64,000 bases of DNA from Dehalococcoidia bacterium (GTDB taxonomy: Bacteria > Chloroflexota > Dehalococcoidia > Lucifugimonadales > UBA3495). A program made the translations under genes and the position numbers. The notes beneath the pieces are model-generated. The model saw only the letters and a list, made by a program, of their open reading frames with translations, made no database searches and was not told the origin of the DNA. Positions within the stretch are counted from its first letter, which is position 1, and each line of letters begins with the position of its first letter. The stretch spans positions 22,407 to 86,406 of the forward strand of contig JASLXV010000058.1 of NCBI GenBank assembly GCA_030740155.1. Reading direction: 5' to 3'. Of this stretch, positions 33,533 through 43,441 are shown piece after piece.

Positions 33533-34783
33533 CTAGCCATCACCTCGGCCAAGGATATCCTGCGCCAGCCGCCGCTCTTGCGCTTCGGTCGATACCTTCC
33601 GGTCCAGCTTGGCTTCCCGGAGACGCCGCAGGATTCGGCCCACCATCGGGCCGTCGGGCACGCCCATCGCCAGAAGGTCCCGGCCGCTCAAGGTGGGCGC
33701 CACGAACTGTAGCTCGTTCAAGTATTCCGCCAGCCGGCCGGCTACCCTGGGTGACCCGGCAACCCGGGAAACCGCCATCACCGCTTCCGGACACGAGCCC
33801 TCCACCAGTGAGAACAGCCGGGAACGCGGTAGGGAAGGGCCGGCAAGCTCCGCCTCCCGTTGCCGCAGCGCAGCTGTATCCCGGACCACCTGCGCCCAGG
33901 GCTTGGGCATGTTCAGCCGGTGAATCACCGTTTCCGCATCCTCCGGAGAGAGGGGGTACGTCAAGCCCGCGAGGTAGACCAGGGGGATGGTATCGCCGGT
34001 CCGATCCTCTCGGGTCCCTACGTCTTCGGCGGAGTTCAAATCCGCGGCTGCCGAGAGCCCCGCCGGGGCTTTCCCGCTTCCCAGGGCAGGATGGATAGCA
34101 GCCATTATACCCAGGTCCCAGGCCCGGGTCAGCGCCGGTCCCGGCCGGTCTTCCCGGAAGATCATCTCCAACTCGTGCCGGAAGCGGTCGGCGCCAAGGG
34201 CCGCCAGATATCCATCGGCGATGGCGCCCTCGAGCCGGGCCAGGGTTTGGGGCTCGATTCGAAACCCCAGCCGTTGTTCGTACCGGACGGCTCGAAGGAT
34301 CCGGGTGGGGTCATCCACGAAGCTGTTAGGGTGCAAGGTGCGGATAAGGCCACGGCGGAGGTCGCCCACTCCTCCATGTTGGTCCAGAACCTTCGGCCGG
34401 GTCTCTCTGAGGGGCAGGGCCAGCGCGTTCACGGCGAAATCGCGACGGGCCAGGTCGTCTTCAATAGTACCTGGGAAGACCTGTGGCAGGGCCGCCGGAT
34501 GAGGGTAGACCTCTTTGCGGGCGGAGACCATGTCGACGCGGCAGCCGGTCAGGGCCACCGTTGCCGTTCCGAACCGGGGGTGGGTCAATACCCGTCCTCC
34601 CAGGTCCTCCGCTAGTTGGCGAGCCACCTCCGGCCCGTCGCCGTCCACCACGAAATCCAGGTCCCGGACCGGCGCACCCAACAGAGCGTCGCGCACCGGC
34701 CCGCCCACCAGGAATATCGCCGGTGATCGCTCCAAGGCTCGGCGGCGGAGGGCCGTCAGTACGGACAGGTTCTCTCCGCCCAA
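33533..34783 (-). CDS. cca: CCA-adding tRNA nucleotidyltransferase / poly(A) polymerase family
   Basis: IFLVGGPVRDALLGAPVRDLDFVVDGD head-domain motif, followed by RDFAVNALA and a helical body. Confidence 0.75.
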   Translation of the reverse strand: MGGENLSVLTALRRRALERSPAIFLVGGPVRDALLGAPVRDLDFVVDGDGPEVARQLAEDLGGRVLTHPRFGTATVALTGCRVDMVSARKEVYPHPAALPQVFPGTIEDDLARRDFAVNALALPLRETRPKVLDQHGGVGDLRRGLIRTLHPNSFVDDPTRILRAVRYEQRLGFRIEPQTLARLEGAIADGYLAALGADRFRHELEMIFREDRPGPALTRAWDLGIMAAIHPALGSGKAPAGLSAAADLNSAEDVGTREDRTGDTIPLVYLAGLTYPLSPEDAETVIHRLNMPKPWAQVVRDTAALRQREAELAGPSLPRSRLFSLVEGSCPEAVMAVSRVAGSPRVAGRLAEYLNELQFVAPTLSGRDLLAMGVPDGPMVGRILRRLREAKLDRKVSTEAQERRLAQDILGRGDG

Positions 34784-34981
34784 ACTGCCTTCAAGGGCGT
34801 CCAGGAGAGCGTTAATATGCTGGAATCGCGGCGTGAAAGGCCTCCTGTCGAGGGTATTATAGCATAGGGATGGCGCGTTTCCGGCGATCTCCGGGGCGGT
34901 ACCGCCGACCCCTGGAGCTATGGCGGAGGGTCACCGGGTCAACCCCGGGCCGGGCCGCGGCGGACAGGCCCGGCGGTCTTT

Positions 34982-35009
34982 TTGACAACCCTTTCCCGCA
35001 TGGTACAAT
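34982..35009 (+). promoter_or_regulatory. Near-consensus promoter with extended -10, upstream of the DsbA-like gene
   Basis: TTGACA-(16 nt)-TGgTACAAT. GGAGG follows 8 nt before ATG 35040. Confidence 0.6.
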
Positions 35010-35039
35010 CCAAATACGAAGCCGTCCGGAGGCGATATC

Positions 35040-35672
35040 ATGGCTGAAAGTGCGATAACCACCTACTACGATTTTCGTTGACCCTTCGTGTACAATGCCG
35101 CCATGTGGCTGGCAAAGGTGGAGAAAGGCTCCGGAGAGGCCATCGAGGTGGACTGGCAACCGTTCTCGCTGGCCCAGGTTAACAGGAAAGATGAGTCAAA
35201 CCTGAAGTACTGGGAGCAGCCTGAGGTGCTGGACGGCTCCGACAATACCTTGTTGGCTCACCGGGCCGGACTGGCGGCCAAACGCCAGGGCAAGGAGGCG
35301 TTCAAGTCGTTCTTCATCGCCTTGCTCCGGGCACGCCACGAGGATAAGAAGGACCTGACCGATCGGGCGGTGATGGAAGAAGCGGCGGGAACGGCCGGGA
35401 TCGACCTGGCCCGGCTCCGGGAAGACATGGCGGACCCCGATCTACTGCGGGAGTTGGGCGAAAGTCATACCAGGGCCGTGGAAGAGTTCGGCGCCTTCGG
35501 AGTGCCCACCTTCGTTTTCCCCGGAGGCAAGACGGCGTTCCTCAAGATGTTTATCCCTCCCGACGATGAGGCGGTGGAAATGTACGACTCGCTTATGAAG
35601 GTCATGAGCGAGTTTGCCTACGTTGGGGAGATCAAGCGTCCCCAGCCGCCCTGGCCGCACAGTGTCATCTAG
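35040..35672 (+). CDS. DsbA-family thioredoxin-fold oxidoreductase with in-frame TGA (35079-35081) at the active-site Cys position; candidate selenoprotein
   Basis: ATG 35040 has its own promoter and Shine-Dalgarno sequence. It reads MAESAITTYYDFR-TGA-PFVYNAAMWLAKVEKG, continuing in frame into the ORF-track ORF (35088-35672). That ORF holds the remainder of a DsbA-like fold (FGVPTFVF cis-Pro loop) but lacks the beta1-alpha1 CxxC segment. Confidence 0.6.
35097..35113 (+). promoter_or_regulatory. SECIS-like hairpin 15 nt downstream of the TGA
   Basis: GCCGCC-AUGU-GGC(U)GGC: 6-bp stem with one bulged U and a GU-containing tetraloop. Confidence 0.35.
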
Positions 35673-35681
35673 GAGGGATTA

Positions 35682-36407
35682 GTGGCGGCCGAGGAACTGG
35701 AATCCGCTCTGGGTTTGACGTTCCGGAACCGGCAACTGCTTGAGCAGGCCCTGGTCCACCGGTCCTCTGTCAACGAGCAAGGATGGTCGCCCACCGACTC
35801 CTACGAGCGTATGGAGTACCTGGGCGACGCCGTGCTGGAGTTGGTGGTTTCCGAAGACCTCTACGGGCGCTTCCCCGACTTGAGCGAAGGGGCTTTGACC
35901 AAAGTCCGTTCCGGTCTGGTGTGCCGTGAGAGCCTGGCCCAGGTCGCCCGCCGGCTCAACCTGGGGGACCGCCTCCTGATGGGAAAGGGCGAGGAGGCCA
36001 CCGGTGGCCGTCTCCGGGAATCCACCCTGGCCGCGGCCTTCGAGGCGTTGGTGGCGGCGGTGTACCTAGACCGAGACTACGCCGAGGCCCGCCGGTTCGT
36101 CCTTCGGGTGATGGCCGAAGAGCTTGAAGGGTCCTATCGACTGGGCAGGTTGCCCGAGAACCCCAAGTCCAGCCTCCAAGAATACGTGCAGGGCCAGGGC
36201 CTGCCGGCCCCTGTCTACCGGGTGATATCCAGCGAAGGCCCCGATCACGATCCAGTCTTCACCGTCGAGGTCCTGGTCGTCGGCGAGGTGATAGGCGTGG
36301 GCCACGGCGGCAATAAAGCGGGCGCCGAGCGGACGGCGGCCGTGATCGCCCTGCAGCAGTTGACCTCGGAGTCCGGTACCGGCTCGTCCGCCGAGGATCC
36401 GAAGTAA
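35682..36407 (+). CDS. rnc: Ribonuclease III
   Basis: ERMEYLGDAVLELVVSE (RNase III signature ExLEFLGD-type), plus a C-terminal dsRBD (PKSSLQEYVQGQGLPAPVY...GHGGNKAGAERTAA). GTG start. Confidence 0.9.
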   Translation: MAAEELESALGLTFRNRQLLEQALVHRSSVNEQGWSPTDSYERMEYLGDAVLELVVSEDLYGRFPDLSEGALTKVRSGLVCRESLAQVARRLNLGDRLLMGKGEEATGGRLRESTLAAAFEALVAAVYLDRDYAEARRFVLRVMAEELEGSYRLGRLPENPKSSLQEYVQGQGLPAPVYRVISSEGPDHDPVFTVEVLVVGEVIGVGHGGNKAGAERTAAVIALQQLTSESGTGSSAEDPK

Positions 36408-36479
36408 GCCCGCCGGCGCTGAAGCCTTTCGCCATGCCGCACTGCAATCCGGTCATCGAAACCTTCGGGAAATCAAGTT

Positions 36480-36797
36480 GAGAGCGGATAGCAAAACTCC
36501 CACCAGGTCATTCCGAGTTGTCATGCCCCGGTGGGGCGCCTCCGGCAGCTTCAGACACTTGATGCCCCCCTCTCCCACCGGGAGAGGGGCCGGGGGTGAG
36601 GGGCTATTTTCAGAGCGGGAGCGAAGCCGCGAGGAATCTCAGCGTAACCACGAGATTCTTCGCTTTGCTCAGAATGACGAAGTGGCCAGAACAACGGCTT
36701 CCAGTCTTGTTACCTGCTCCAAGAATAGTCATCGCTCCTCGTTTTCCGTGAAGGGTTTTGCCGGACAGCCAGACAGCCAGACAGCCAGCTAGAAAGT
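36480..36797. repeat. Composite intergenic block of short GC-rich repeat motifs
   Basis: Contains ccctctcccaccgggagaggggccgggggtgagggg (about 36566-36604; relatives at about 56596-56635 and 56690-56724). Also contains gattcttcgctttgctcagaatgacg and 3 x cagacagc (about 36771-36797). ORF-track ORF 36478-36792 is built only of these motifs. Confidence 0.65.
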
Positions 36798-36810
36798 TTG
36801 AGGGTCATTG

Positions 36811-37767
36811 ATGCTCAGGTTTTTCAAACGCAACAAGGAAGAAACCAAGAAACGCACGGATGCGGCAGTCAAGCCCAGCCGCGATCGCTGGTTCGGGCGC
36901 ATCCTCGGCGTGCTACGATCTTCGCGACTGGACGACTCGGTGTGGGCAGAGCTGGAGGAGATCCTGATCTCTGCCGATGTCGGCGTTGAGACCTCCCTGC
37001 GGCTCGTTGAGGACCTGCGGTCCAGGGTTAAGGACAACCGGCTGGAGGACGCGGACCAGGTGTTCGAGGACCTGAAGCGATCCCTGGTCCAAGACCTGGA
37101 CCTCGAAAGCCCGGATTCCGGGGGGCTCGAGATCGGCGACTCGGATACCCCCTACGTCATCCTGATGGTGGGGGTCAACGGAGTTGGCAAGACCACCAGC
37201 ATTGCCAAGCTGGCCCACCACTTTCTGCAGATGGACAAGAAGGTGGTCCTGGGCGCGGCGGATACCTTCCGGGCGGCCGCCGCCGAGCAGTTGGAAATCC
37301 TCGGAGAGCGGGTGGGCGTAGAAGTAATTAGCCATCGCTCCGGGGCCGACCCGGGAGCGGTGGCCTACGATGCCTATCGGGCCAGCAAGGCCCGGCACGC
37401 CGACGTGTTGATCGTCGACACCGCCGGACGGTTGCACACCAAATCCAACCTGATGGAGGAGCTACGGAAGATAAACCGGGTCCTGAAACGGTTGGATCCG
37501 GCGGCGCCGCATCAGGTCATCCTGACCCTGGACGCGACCACCGGCCACAACGGCCTGGCCCAGGCCAAGGCCTTCAAAGAGGCGGTGAACTGCACCGGTA
37601 TATTCCTGGCCAAGCTCGACGGCACGGCCCGAGGAGGAATTGCCCTTGCCATCAAACAGGAGTTGCAGGTGCCGATCCTCTTCATTGGCACGGGGGAAGG
37701 CATCGACGATCTGGCGCCCTTCGACTCCAGGGAGTTCGTCGAGTCGTTACTTGCTCCCGTATCGTGA
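36811..37767 (+). CDS. ftsY: Signal recognition particle receptor FtsY
   Basis: N/G domain: [36 protein letters not shown]. Short basic N-terminus. Confidence 0.9.
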   Translation: MLRFFKRNKEETKKRTDAAVKPSRDRWFGRILGVLRSSRLDDSVWAELEEILISADVGVETSLRLVEDLRSRVKDNRLEDADQVFEDLKRSLVQDLDLESPDSGGLEIGDSDTPYVILMVGVNGVGKTTSIAKLAHHFLQMDKKVVLGAADTFRAAAAEQLEILGERVGVEVISHRSGADPGAVAYDAYRASKARHADVLIVDTAGRLHTKSNLMEELRKINRVLKRLDPAAPHQVILTLDATTGHNGLAQAKAFKEAVNCTGIFLAKLDGTARGGIALAIKQELQVPILFIGTGEGIDDLAPFDSREFVESLLAPVS

Positions 37768-37845
37768 CTTCAAACTCTCCGCCGTCGGATACCCGCGAGT
37801 GGGCGCCGGTTGACGGCCGATGGCTGATCGCACTCGGGTCGAGCA

Positions 37846-40275
37846 GTGGTTGACGCGCTAACCTGGCTCCTGGCCATCGAGCTTCTGGGTCTCTTGGCCT
37901 TCCCCTTGGCCTTTGTCCTCTTCCAGAGGTTGCCCGACCGGGGGTTCACGCTGGCCAAGCCCCTGGCCCTGGTGGTTTTCTCCTACGTGCTGTGGGTCGC
38001 CGGCCTGACCCAGTTGATCCCCAACACCCGCGTTACCATCATCGTGATCCTCGTCCTGGGCGCGGCCGCCAGCGGCCTGGTGTTCCGGGCCACGGCCGGC
38101 CGGGTCAAGGTGTTCCTCCGGGAAGAATGGCGGACCTTGGTGGTCGCCGAGGCCGTGTTCCTGGCCTTCTTCTTGCTGTGGCTGGGCATAACTTCGGAGT
38201 CGCCGGCCATCAGCCACACCGAGAAGCCGATGGACTTCGGCTTCATGAACGCCGTGTTGCAGAGCAGGTTCTTCCCTCCGGAAGACCCTTGGCTGGCAGG
38301 CCACTCCATCAGTTACTACTACTTCGGCCACTTCATGATGGCCTTTCTGGTCAAGCTGACCGGCATACCGTCCAGCGTGGGTTACAACCTGGCCGTATCC
38401 CTGGTGCCCGCGTTGGTGGGAATAGGCGCCTTCGGCCTGGTGTACAACCTGGTGCGGCTGTCGCGCGGCAGCCGGGCGGCGGCCCTGGGCTTCGGCCTGG
38501 CGGCGCCGGCCCTGGTCTTGCTGATCGGCAACCTTGAAGGGGCGATGGAGTTCCTCCACGCCCAAGGTTGGGGCGGTGACGGCTTCTGGGAGTGGGTCGG
38601 CATCAAAGGCCTGGAAGGGGGCTCCGCCAGCTCGGGTGGCTTTCCCGACCAAACTTGGTGGTGGTGGCGCGCTACCCGGGTCATCGATACTTTGGCGGAC
38701 GGCGGAAGTCTGGACTACACCATCACCGAGTTCCCCATGTTCAGCTTCCTGCTGGGCGACCTGCATCCCCACGTCATGAGCCTCCCGTTCGTGGTCCTTG
38801 GCCTGTCCCTGGGACTCAACCTGCTCCTGTCACCCGCCAGGCTGGGGCCCGGCTGGCTGCTCCGCCACCCGCTGGAGTCCCTCGCCATCGCCCTGTTCGT
38901 CGGGTCCCTGGCGTTCATCAACACTTGGGACCTGCCCCTGATGGCAGGGATCCTGGGGATCGTGGTCCTGGTTAAGAGCTATGGTGACCATCGGGGAGAC
39001 CTGTCGCGGGCGGCGCTCAACGGGGCCGCTGTGTTGGTTCCCATCCTGATCGTGGCGGTGGTCCTGTTCCTGCCTTTCTACTTGACCCTGAGCAGCCAGG
39101 CCTCGGGGATACTGCCGTCGCGTGACGTGAGCACGCGGCCGTTCCTATTCTTTCTGACCATGGGCCTCTTTTCCATGCTGGCGGTCTCGTTTGTCCTGCG
39201 GCAGCTGTCCGGCCTGGCCCGGCCCAGCCAGGACGAGGCGCCCGCCGCCAGCCTGATACTGGTGGTGGTCCTGTTGCCCCTGGTGGTCTGGGCCATGATT
39301 GTCCTGTTCCTGACCATCGTCGACGACGGGGCCGCTGCCGCCATCAGGAAAGTCGGAGGCCGGGCCCTGTGGGTCCTGCCGGGTCTCGCCATCGTATCGG
39401 TTGCCGCGTTCAGCGCGGCTCAGCGGGTGCGGCTGGGCCGGGAGCCCGCGGCCGCGTTCACCCTGCTGTTGCTGGCGATGGCCTTTTATCTGCTGGTGGG
39501 AGCCGAGTTGTTCTACGTCGTCGACTCTTTCGGCGGCGGCCTCCGGCGGATGAACACGGTTTTCAAGATCTACTATCAGGCTTGGCTGCTTCTGGCCCTG
39601 GCCGGGGCCTACGGGCTGTATTTCTGGCGCTCCCACCGGCCTCGGGTCGGGCCCGGCCCGGATGGACACACCGGTCTCGGCCGTTGGGCCCTTCGCCTGG
39701 GTGATTACGCCTGGATCGCGGCCGTAGCGCTGCTGCTGGTGGCCTCGGCCTACTATCCGGTGGGAGCGGTCCTGGACCGGACGGGCCTACTGCGCCCGGG
39801 CCACACGCTGGAGGACAACACGCTGGACGGCCTGCGGTTCATCCAGGCTGGGAACCCCGGGGAGTACGCGGCCATCCGGTGGCTGCGGGATGAGGCCTCC
39901 TGGGGCCGGATCGTCGAGGCGGTGGGTGACGACTACTCTGACTACGGGAGGATCTCCGCCGCCACCGGCCTGCCGACCGTCCTGGGCTGGAAGGGCCACG
40001 AACTTCAGTGGCGAGGAAGCAGCCGGTCCTTCGAAGGCCGGGAGGAAGACGTGGCTCGAATCTACGAAAGCGACGACGCCGAGGAGGTGCGCCAACTGCT
40101 GGAATGGTATGATGTCCGGTACGTTTACCTGGGCCGCCGGGAGCGGGCTGAATACGGCGGCGCGCACCTGGCGGGCTTCGGTAGCTTCTTGAAAACCGCC
40201 AATGAGTGGGAGGGCGTAGTAATCTACGAACTAACTGATGGAGTTGGCCAGGTTGGCTCAGCCGGCTATGACTAG
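37846..40275 (+). CDS. Chlor_Arch_YYY (TIGR03662/DUF2298-like) large polytopic membrane protein
   Basis: 809 aa and very hydrophobic. Contains the diagnostic YYYxG motif (HSISYYYFGHF). Confidence 0.7.
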   Translation: MVDALTWLLAIELLGLLAFPLAFVLFQRLPDRGFTLAKPLALVVFSYVLWVAGLTQLIPNTRVTIIVILVLGAAASGLVFRATAGRVKVFLREEWRTLVVAEAVFLAFFLLWLGITSESPAISHTEKPMDFGFMNAVLQSRFFPPEDPWLAGHSISYYYFGHFMMAFLVKLTGIPSSVGYNLAVSLVPALVGIGAFGLVYNLVRLSRGSRAAALGFGLAAPALVLLIGNLEGAMEFLHAQGWGGDGFWEWVGIKGLEGGSASSGGFPDQTWWWWRATRVIDTLADGGSLDYTITEFPMFSFLLGDLHPHVMSLPFVVLGLSLGLNLLLSPARLGPGWLLRHPLESLAIALFVGSLAFINTWDLPLMAGILGIVVLVKSYGDHRGDLSRAALNGAAVLVPILIVAVVLFLPFYLTLSSQASGILPSRDVSTRPFLFFLTMGLFSMLAVSFVLRQLSGLARPSQDEAPAASLILVVVLLPLVVWAMIVLFLTIVDDGAAAAIRKVGGRALWVLPGLAIVSVAAFSAAQRVRLGREPAAAFTLLLLAMAFYLLVGAELFYVVDSFGGGLRRMNTVFKIYYQAWLLLALAGAYGLYFWRSHRPRVGPGPDGHTGLGRWALRLGDYAWIAAVALLLVASAYYPVGAVLDRTGLLRPGHTLEDNTLDGLRFIQAGNPGEYAAIRWLRDEASWGRIVEAVGDDYSDYGRISAATGLPTVLGWKGHELQWRGSSRSFEGREEDVARIYESDDAEEVRQLLEWYDVRYVYLGRRERAEYGGAHLAGFGSFLKTANEWEGVVIYELTDGVGQVGSAGYD

Positions 40276-42928
40276 AACTGGGGTAGGCGGGGTCCGAAGG
40301 TTGCCCCGCCGGGCCCTCGGATTTTGGCACGACCGGACTTTCGGCTGGCTGGAGGCGGGCGTCCTGGCCGTGGTGCTCCTGGCCTTGGGCATGCGCCTGT
40401 GGGAGTTGGACGGGCGGGCCATGCACTACGATGAGGGTATCCACGTCCACTACGCCTGGCGCCTGTTCAACAGCGACGGCGCGTTGTGGGGCTGGCCCTG
40501 GGTGTTCGGCACCGACTTCATCCACTCCCCCTGGATGCACGGTCCCCTCCAGTTCGAGCTTACCGCCCTGGTTTTTCGCCTGCTCGGAGATAGCGATTTC
40601 ACCGCCCGGCTGACCTATGTGATCTTCGGCGTGGCTCTGGTGGGACTGCCCTATTTTCTCCGGGACTACCTGGGCCGGGCCGGAGCCCTGCTGGCGGCGG
40701 TAATGCTTGCCTTTTCACCCACGCTGCTCTACTTCAGCCGTTTCGGACGCAACGATATTCTGATGGCCTTCTGGGCGGCGGCGATCCTGGTCTTGATGTG
40801 GCGCTTTATTCACGAGGGCAAACACCGCTACCTGTATTTGGCGTCGGCCGTGCTGGCTTTCATGTTCGCCACCAAGGAGACCGCGTACATCGTGGTCCTG
40901 ATCTTTGGGGCGATGATGTTTCTACCGGCGTTGCAGGACTTGGTCCCCTGGGCTTTGGGCCGGACCAAGTTTACCGAGATGGCCGGCCCGGCCGGGTTTC
41001 TGCTGCTGCTGGTTACTCTGACGCTACCCCAGTGGGCGCCCATGGCGTGCCTGGCTCAGGACGCGGTGGGCCTGACTCTGTGCAACGCGGAAGGGGTTAC
41101 CGGTGGCCTGGTGGGTGCCCCCGACTGGGGCGGGTCCTTTGTGGCCTTGCCGGTCTACGCCGCCCCGTGGTGGTTCCATGGGCTGGCCGTCGCGTTACTG
41201 GCGGGTACCCTGACCTGGATGAGCACCAGGACTGGGAGGGGCTCCAATGGCCCCCGGTTGACGCCGCGCCGTCTGGTGACGGGAGTTGCCGTTCCCCTGG
41301 CGATGGTGGCGGCCACTCTGGTGGTGGTGTTTCGCCCGATCGACCAGGTCTGGTCTTTGGCTGAGGTCCCGGTATTGGACTTTATCGTCACCGGTGTGGT
41401 GGCCGGCTTTGCCGTAGGCACCTTGGCCGTGGCCAGGCACCCTTGGAGGCAGGCGGCGCTGCTGATAATCTTGCCGGCCCTGGCCGCCGTGGCCTACGCG
41501 TTCTGGTTTACCGGCGTGGTGAACGTGGATTCCATTGTCAACGGCGTGCTCCCCGGCGGTATCAACGTGGACGCCAGCGCCAACGCGGTGCCGGTGAACT
41601 TCCTGGTGGCGGGCGGGCTCTTGCTGGCTGCCATCGCCCTCTCCGTCTACTTTGGGGTGCTCTGGCTGGGTGGAAGGTGGTTGACCTGCGCCGGGATCTT
41701 CTACGCCATCTGGCTCACTCTGTACACGACCCTGTTCACCAACCTGGCCGGGGCTTTCAGCGGCGTGTGGCAAGGGATGGGGTACTGGTACGCCCAGCAG
41801 GATGTCGGCCGAGGGAACCAGCCCTGGTACTACTACTTCGTGGGCCTCTCGGTGTACGAGCTGCTGCCGGTAGTCTTCGGCGTGGCGGCGGCGGTGTACT
41901 TCGTGAAAAAGGGGGACGTATTGGGCCTGGCCCTGGCGTTCTGGGCGAGCTTGACCTTTATCGCCTACACCGTGGCCAGCGAAAAGATGCCCTGGCTTCT
42001 GGTCAACGTCTCTTTGCCCCTCATCTGGCTCTCCGCCAAATACCTGGGCGAGTTGGCCGAGCGGGTCCGGTGGTGGAACGCCCTGCGACGGGGACATGGG
42101 GTCTTGCTGATCCTGCCTCCCCTGGCGATGGTGGCGATGGTGTACCTGCTCTACAGCTATACCGACCCGGGAGAGCGGTTCTCGACTCCCCACTGGGCAC
42201 TGGTGGCCAGCACTGCCCTGCTGGCATTGGCGGCGGCGTACCTGGTGAGGTTGGCCCAACCGGGCCGGGGGACGGCCCTGGCTGGCCTGGGACTGGCGGG
42301 CCTGCTGCTGGGTTTCGGCGCCATCGGCGCGGTGCGCGCCACCTACACCTACGACGACTCCAACCTGGAGTTGCTGGTCTACGCCCAGGGCAGCAAGGAC
42401 CTTCGGGATACTTTCCAGGACCTCGACAGCCGGGCCTTCGCCAACCAGCCTACGCCGGGGGCCGTCAAGGTCGATTACGATCTCTGGTATCCCTTGCAGT
42501 GGTACGTCCGCCAGGAGGCGAAAGACGACACCTTGAGATACTTTAGTTTCCCCAAGAAGGAGGATAACAAGGACAAACCCCTCTGCGACGCCTTGCCGGA
42601 TGAGCCCAACACGCCGATAGTGCTCCTCAGCGACGATCACGCCAACCACAACTGCGACGCCTACGCCGATTACGAGAAGGTCGGACCTTCCACGAACCTC
42701 CTGTGGTTCTACGAAGAGGCCTACCGCAGGCCGGGAGAGAACCGGCAAGCAGAAGGGCATCTATTTGGCCGGATTCCTGGCAAAGATCAAGTCACCAAAG
42801 ACTTCCGGTACTTCAAGTCGGTCGCCGTCGACCGGGAGGCCTGGTTCGGCGCCCTGGACTACGTGATCTTCCGCAATCTCGACAACAACTGGTACGATTC
42901 CAAATACTACAGCTTCTTGCCTCCGTAG
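40268..42928 (+). CDS. TIGR03663-like membrane protein with GT39/PMT-ArnT-like N-terminus
   Basis: About 886 aa, polytopic. The N-terminal region (MHYDEGIHVHYAW...SPTLLYFSRFGRNDILMAF) resembles GT-C glycosyltransferase loop 1. ATG 40268 overlaps the end of the preceding gene. Confidence 0.6.
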   Translation: MTRTGVGGVRRLPRRALGFWHDRTFGWLEAGVLAVVLLALGMRLWELDGRAMHYDEGIHVHYAWRLFNSDGALWGWPWVFGTDFIHSPWMHGPLQFELTALVFRLLGDSDFTARLTYVIFGVALVGLPYFLRDYLGRAGALLAAVMLAFSPTLLYFSRFGRNDILMAFWAAAILVLMWRFIHEGKHRYLYLASAVLAFMFATKETAYIVVLIFGAMMFLPALQDLVPWALGRTKFTEMAGPAGFLLLLVTLTLPQWAPMACLAQDAVGLTLCNAEGVTGGLVGAPDWGGSFVALPVYAAPWWFHGLAVALLAGTLTWMSTRTGRGSNGPRLTPRRLVTGVAVPLAMVAATLVVVFRPIDQVWSLAEVPVLDFIVTGVVAGFAVGTLAVARHPWRQAALLIILPALAAVAYAFWFTGVVNVDSIVNGVLPGGINVDASANAVPVNFLVAGGLLLAAIALSVYFGVLWLGGRWLTCAGIFYAIWLTLYTTLFTNLAGAFSGVWQGMGYWYAQQDVGRGNQPWYYYFVGLSVYELLPVVFGVAAAVYFVKKGDVLGLALAFWASLTFIAYTVASEKMPWLLVNVSLPLIWLSAKYLGELAERVRWWNALRRGHGVLLILPPLAMVAMVYLLYSYTDPGERFSTPHWALVASTALLALAAAYLVRLAQPGRGTALAGLGLAGLLLGFGAIGAVRATYTYDDSNLELLVYAQGSKDLRDTFQDLDSRAFANQPTPGAVKVDYDLWYPLQWYVRQEAKDDTLRYFSFPKKEDNKDKPLCDALPDEPNTPIVLLSDDHANHNCDAYADYEKVGPSTNLLWFYEEAYRRPGENRQAEGHLFGRIPGKDQVTKDFRYFKSVAVDREAWFGALDYVIFRNLDNNWYDSKYYSFLPP

Positions 42929-43158
42929 CCGGAAACGCCTTCTTCACATGCCGCTCCAGGTCTCACCAACCCGGTTCTCCGACGCTTCGGGACTCTCGCT
43001 CAGGCCTGCCACGGGGCCGGTACGCCGGCAAACGTTTCCCCGTGACGGCGCGAGCATCTGGGATGACCGCCCGGTTGCTGGATGGCGTCCTCACCCTCGT
43101 TCCCGCTCCCTGGTGCATTATCAGGAGACTTCTTCGGAACTTTGGCGGGCACCATCAT

Positions 43159-43186
43159 GTAGGGGCGCAATATATTGCGCCCCTAC
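43159..43186. repeat. Perfect 28-nt palindrome within a repeat-rich intergenic region
   Basis: gtaggggcgcaata|tattgcgcccctac. The surrounding 42929-43267 has no coding signal and contains further GC-rich repeat-like motifs. Confidence 0.6.
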
Positions 43187-43441
43187 TGACATCCATCCAG
43201 AAGCGGAGTCGCTGAACGTCTCTCCTGAAACTGTACTGGGGAGAGGGATGCCCTGGCGCAGCTTGGGTTGGGCGAGGGTAAAGGGCTCCGCGTCTGCCCG
43301 CATTTGCCTTGTGGAAGCCCGGCGGGCTCTCGTATACTGGAATCCCGGCTCCGGTACCGCGGCACCCTTCCGCGAAGGCGCCGGGAGGGGCTCCGAGCAG
43401 ACACTCAGGTCTTCCCTCACCTTAACGCAGGATTTGGCACA

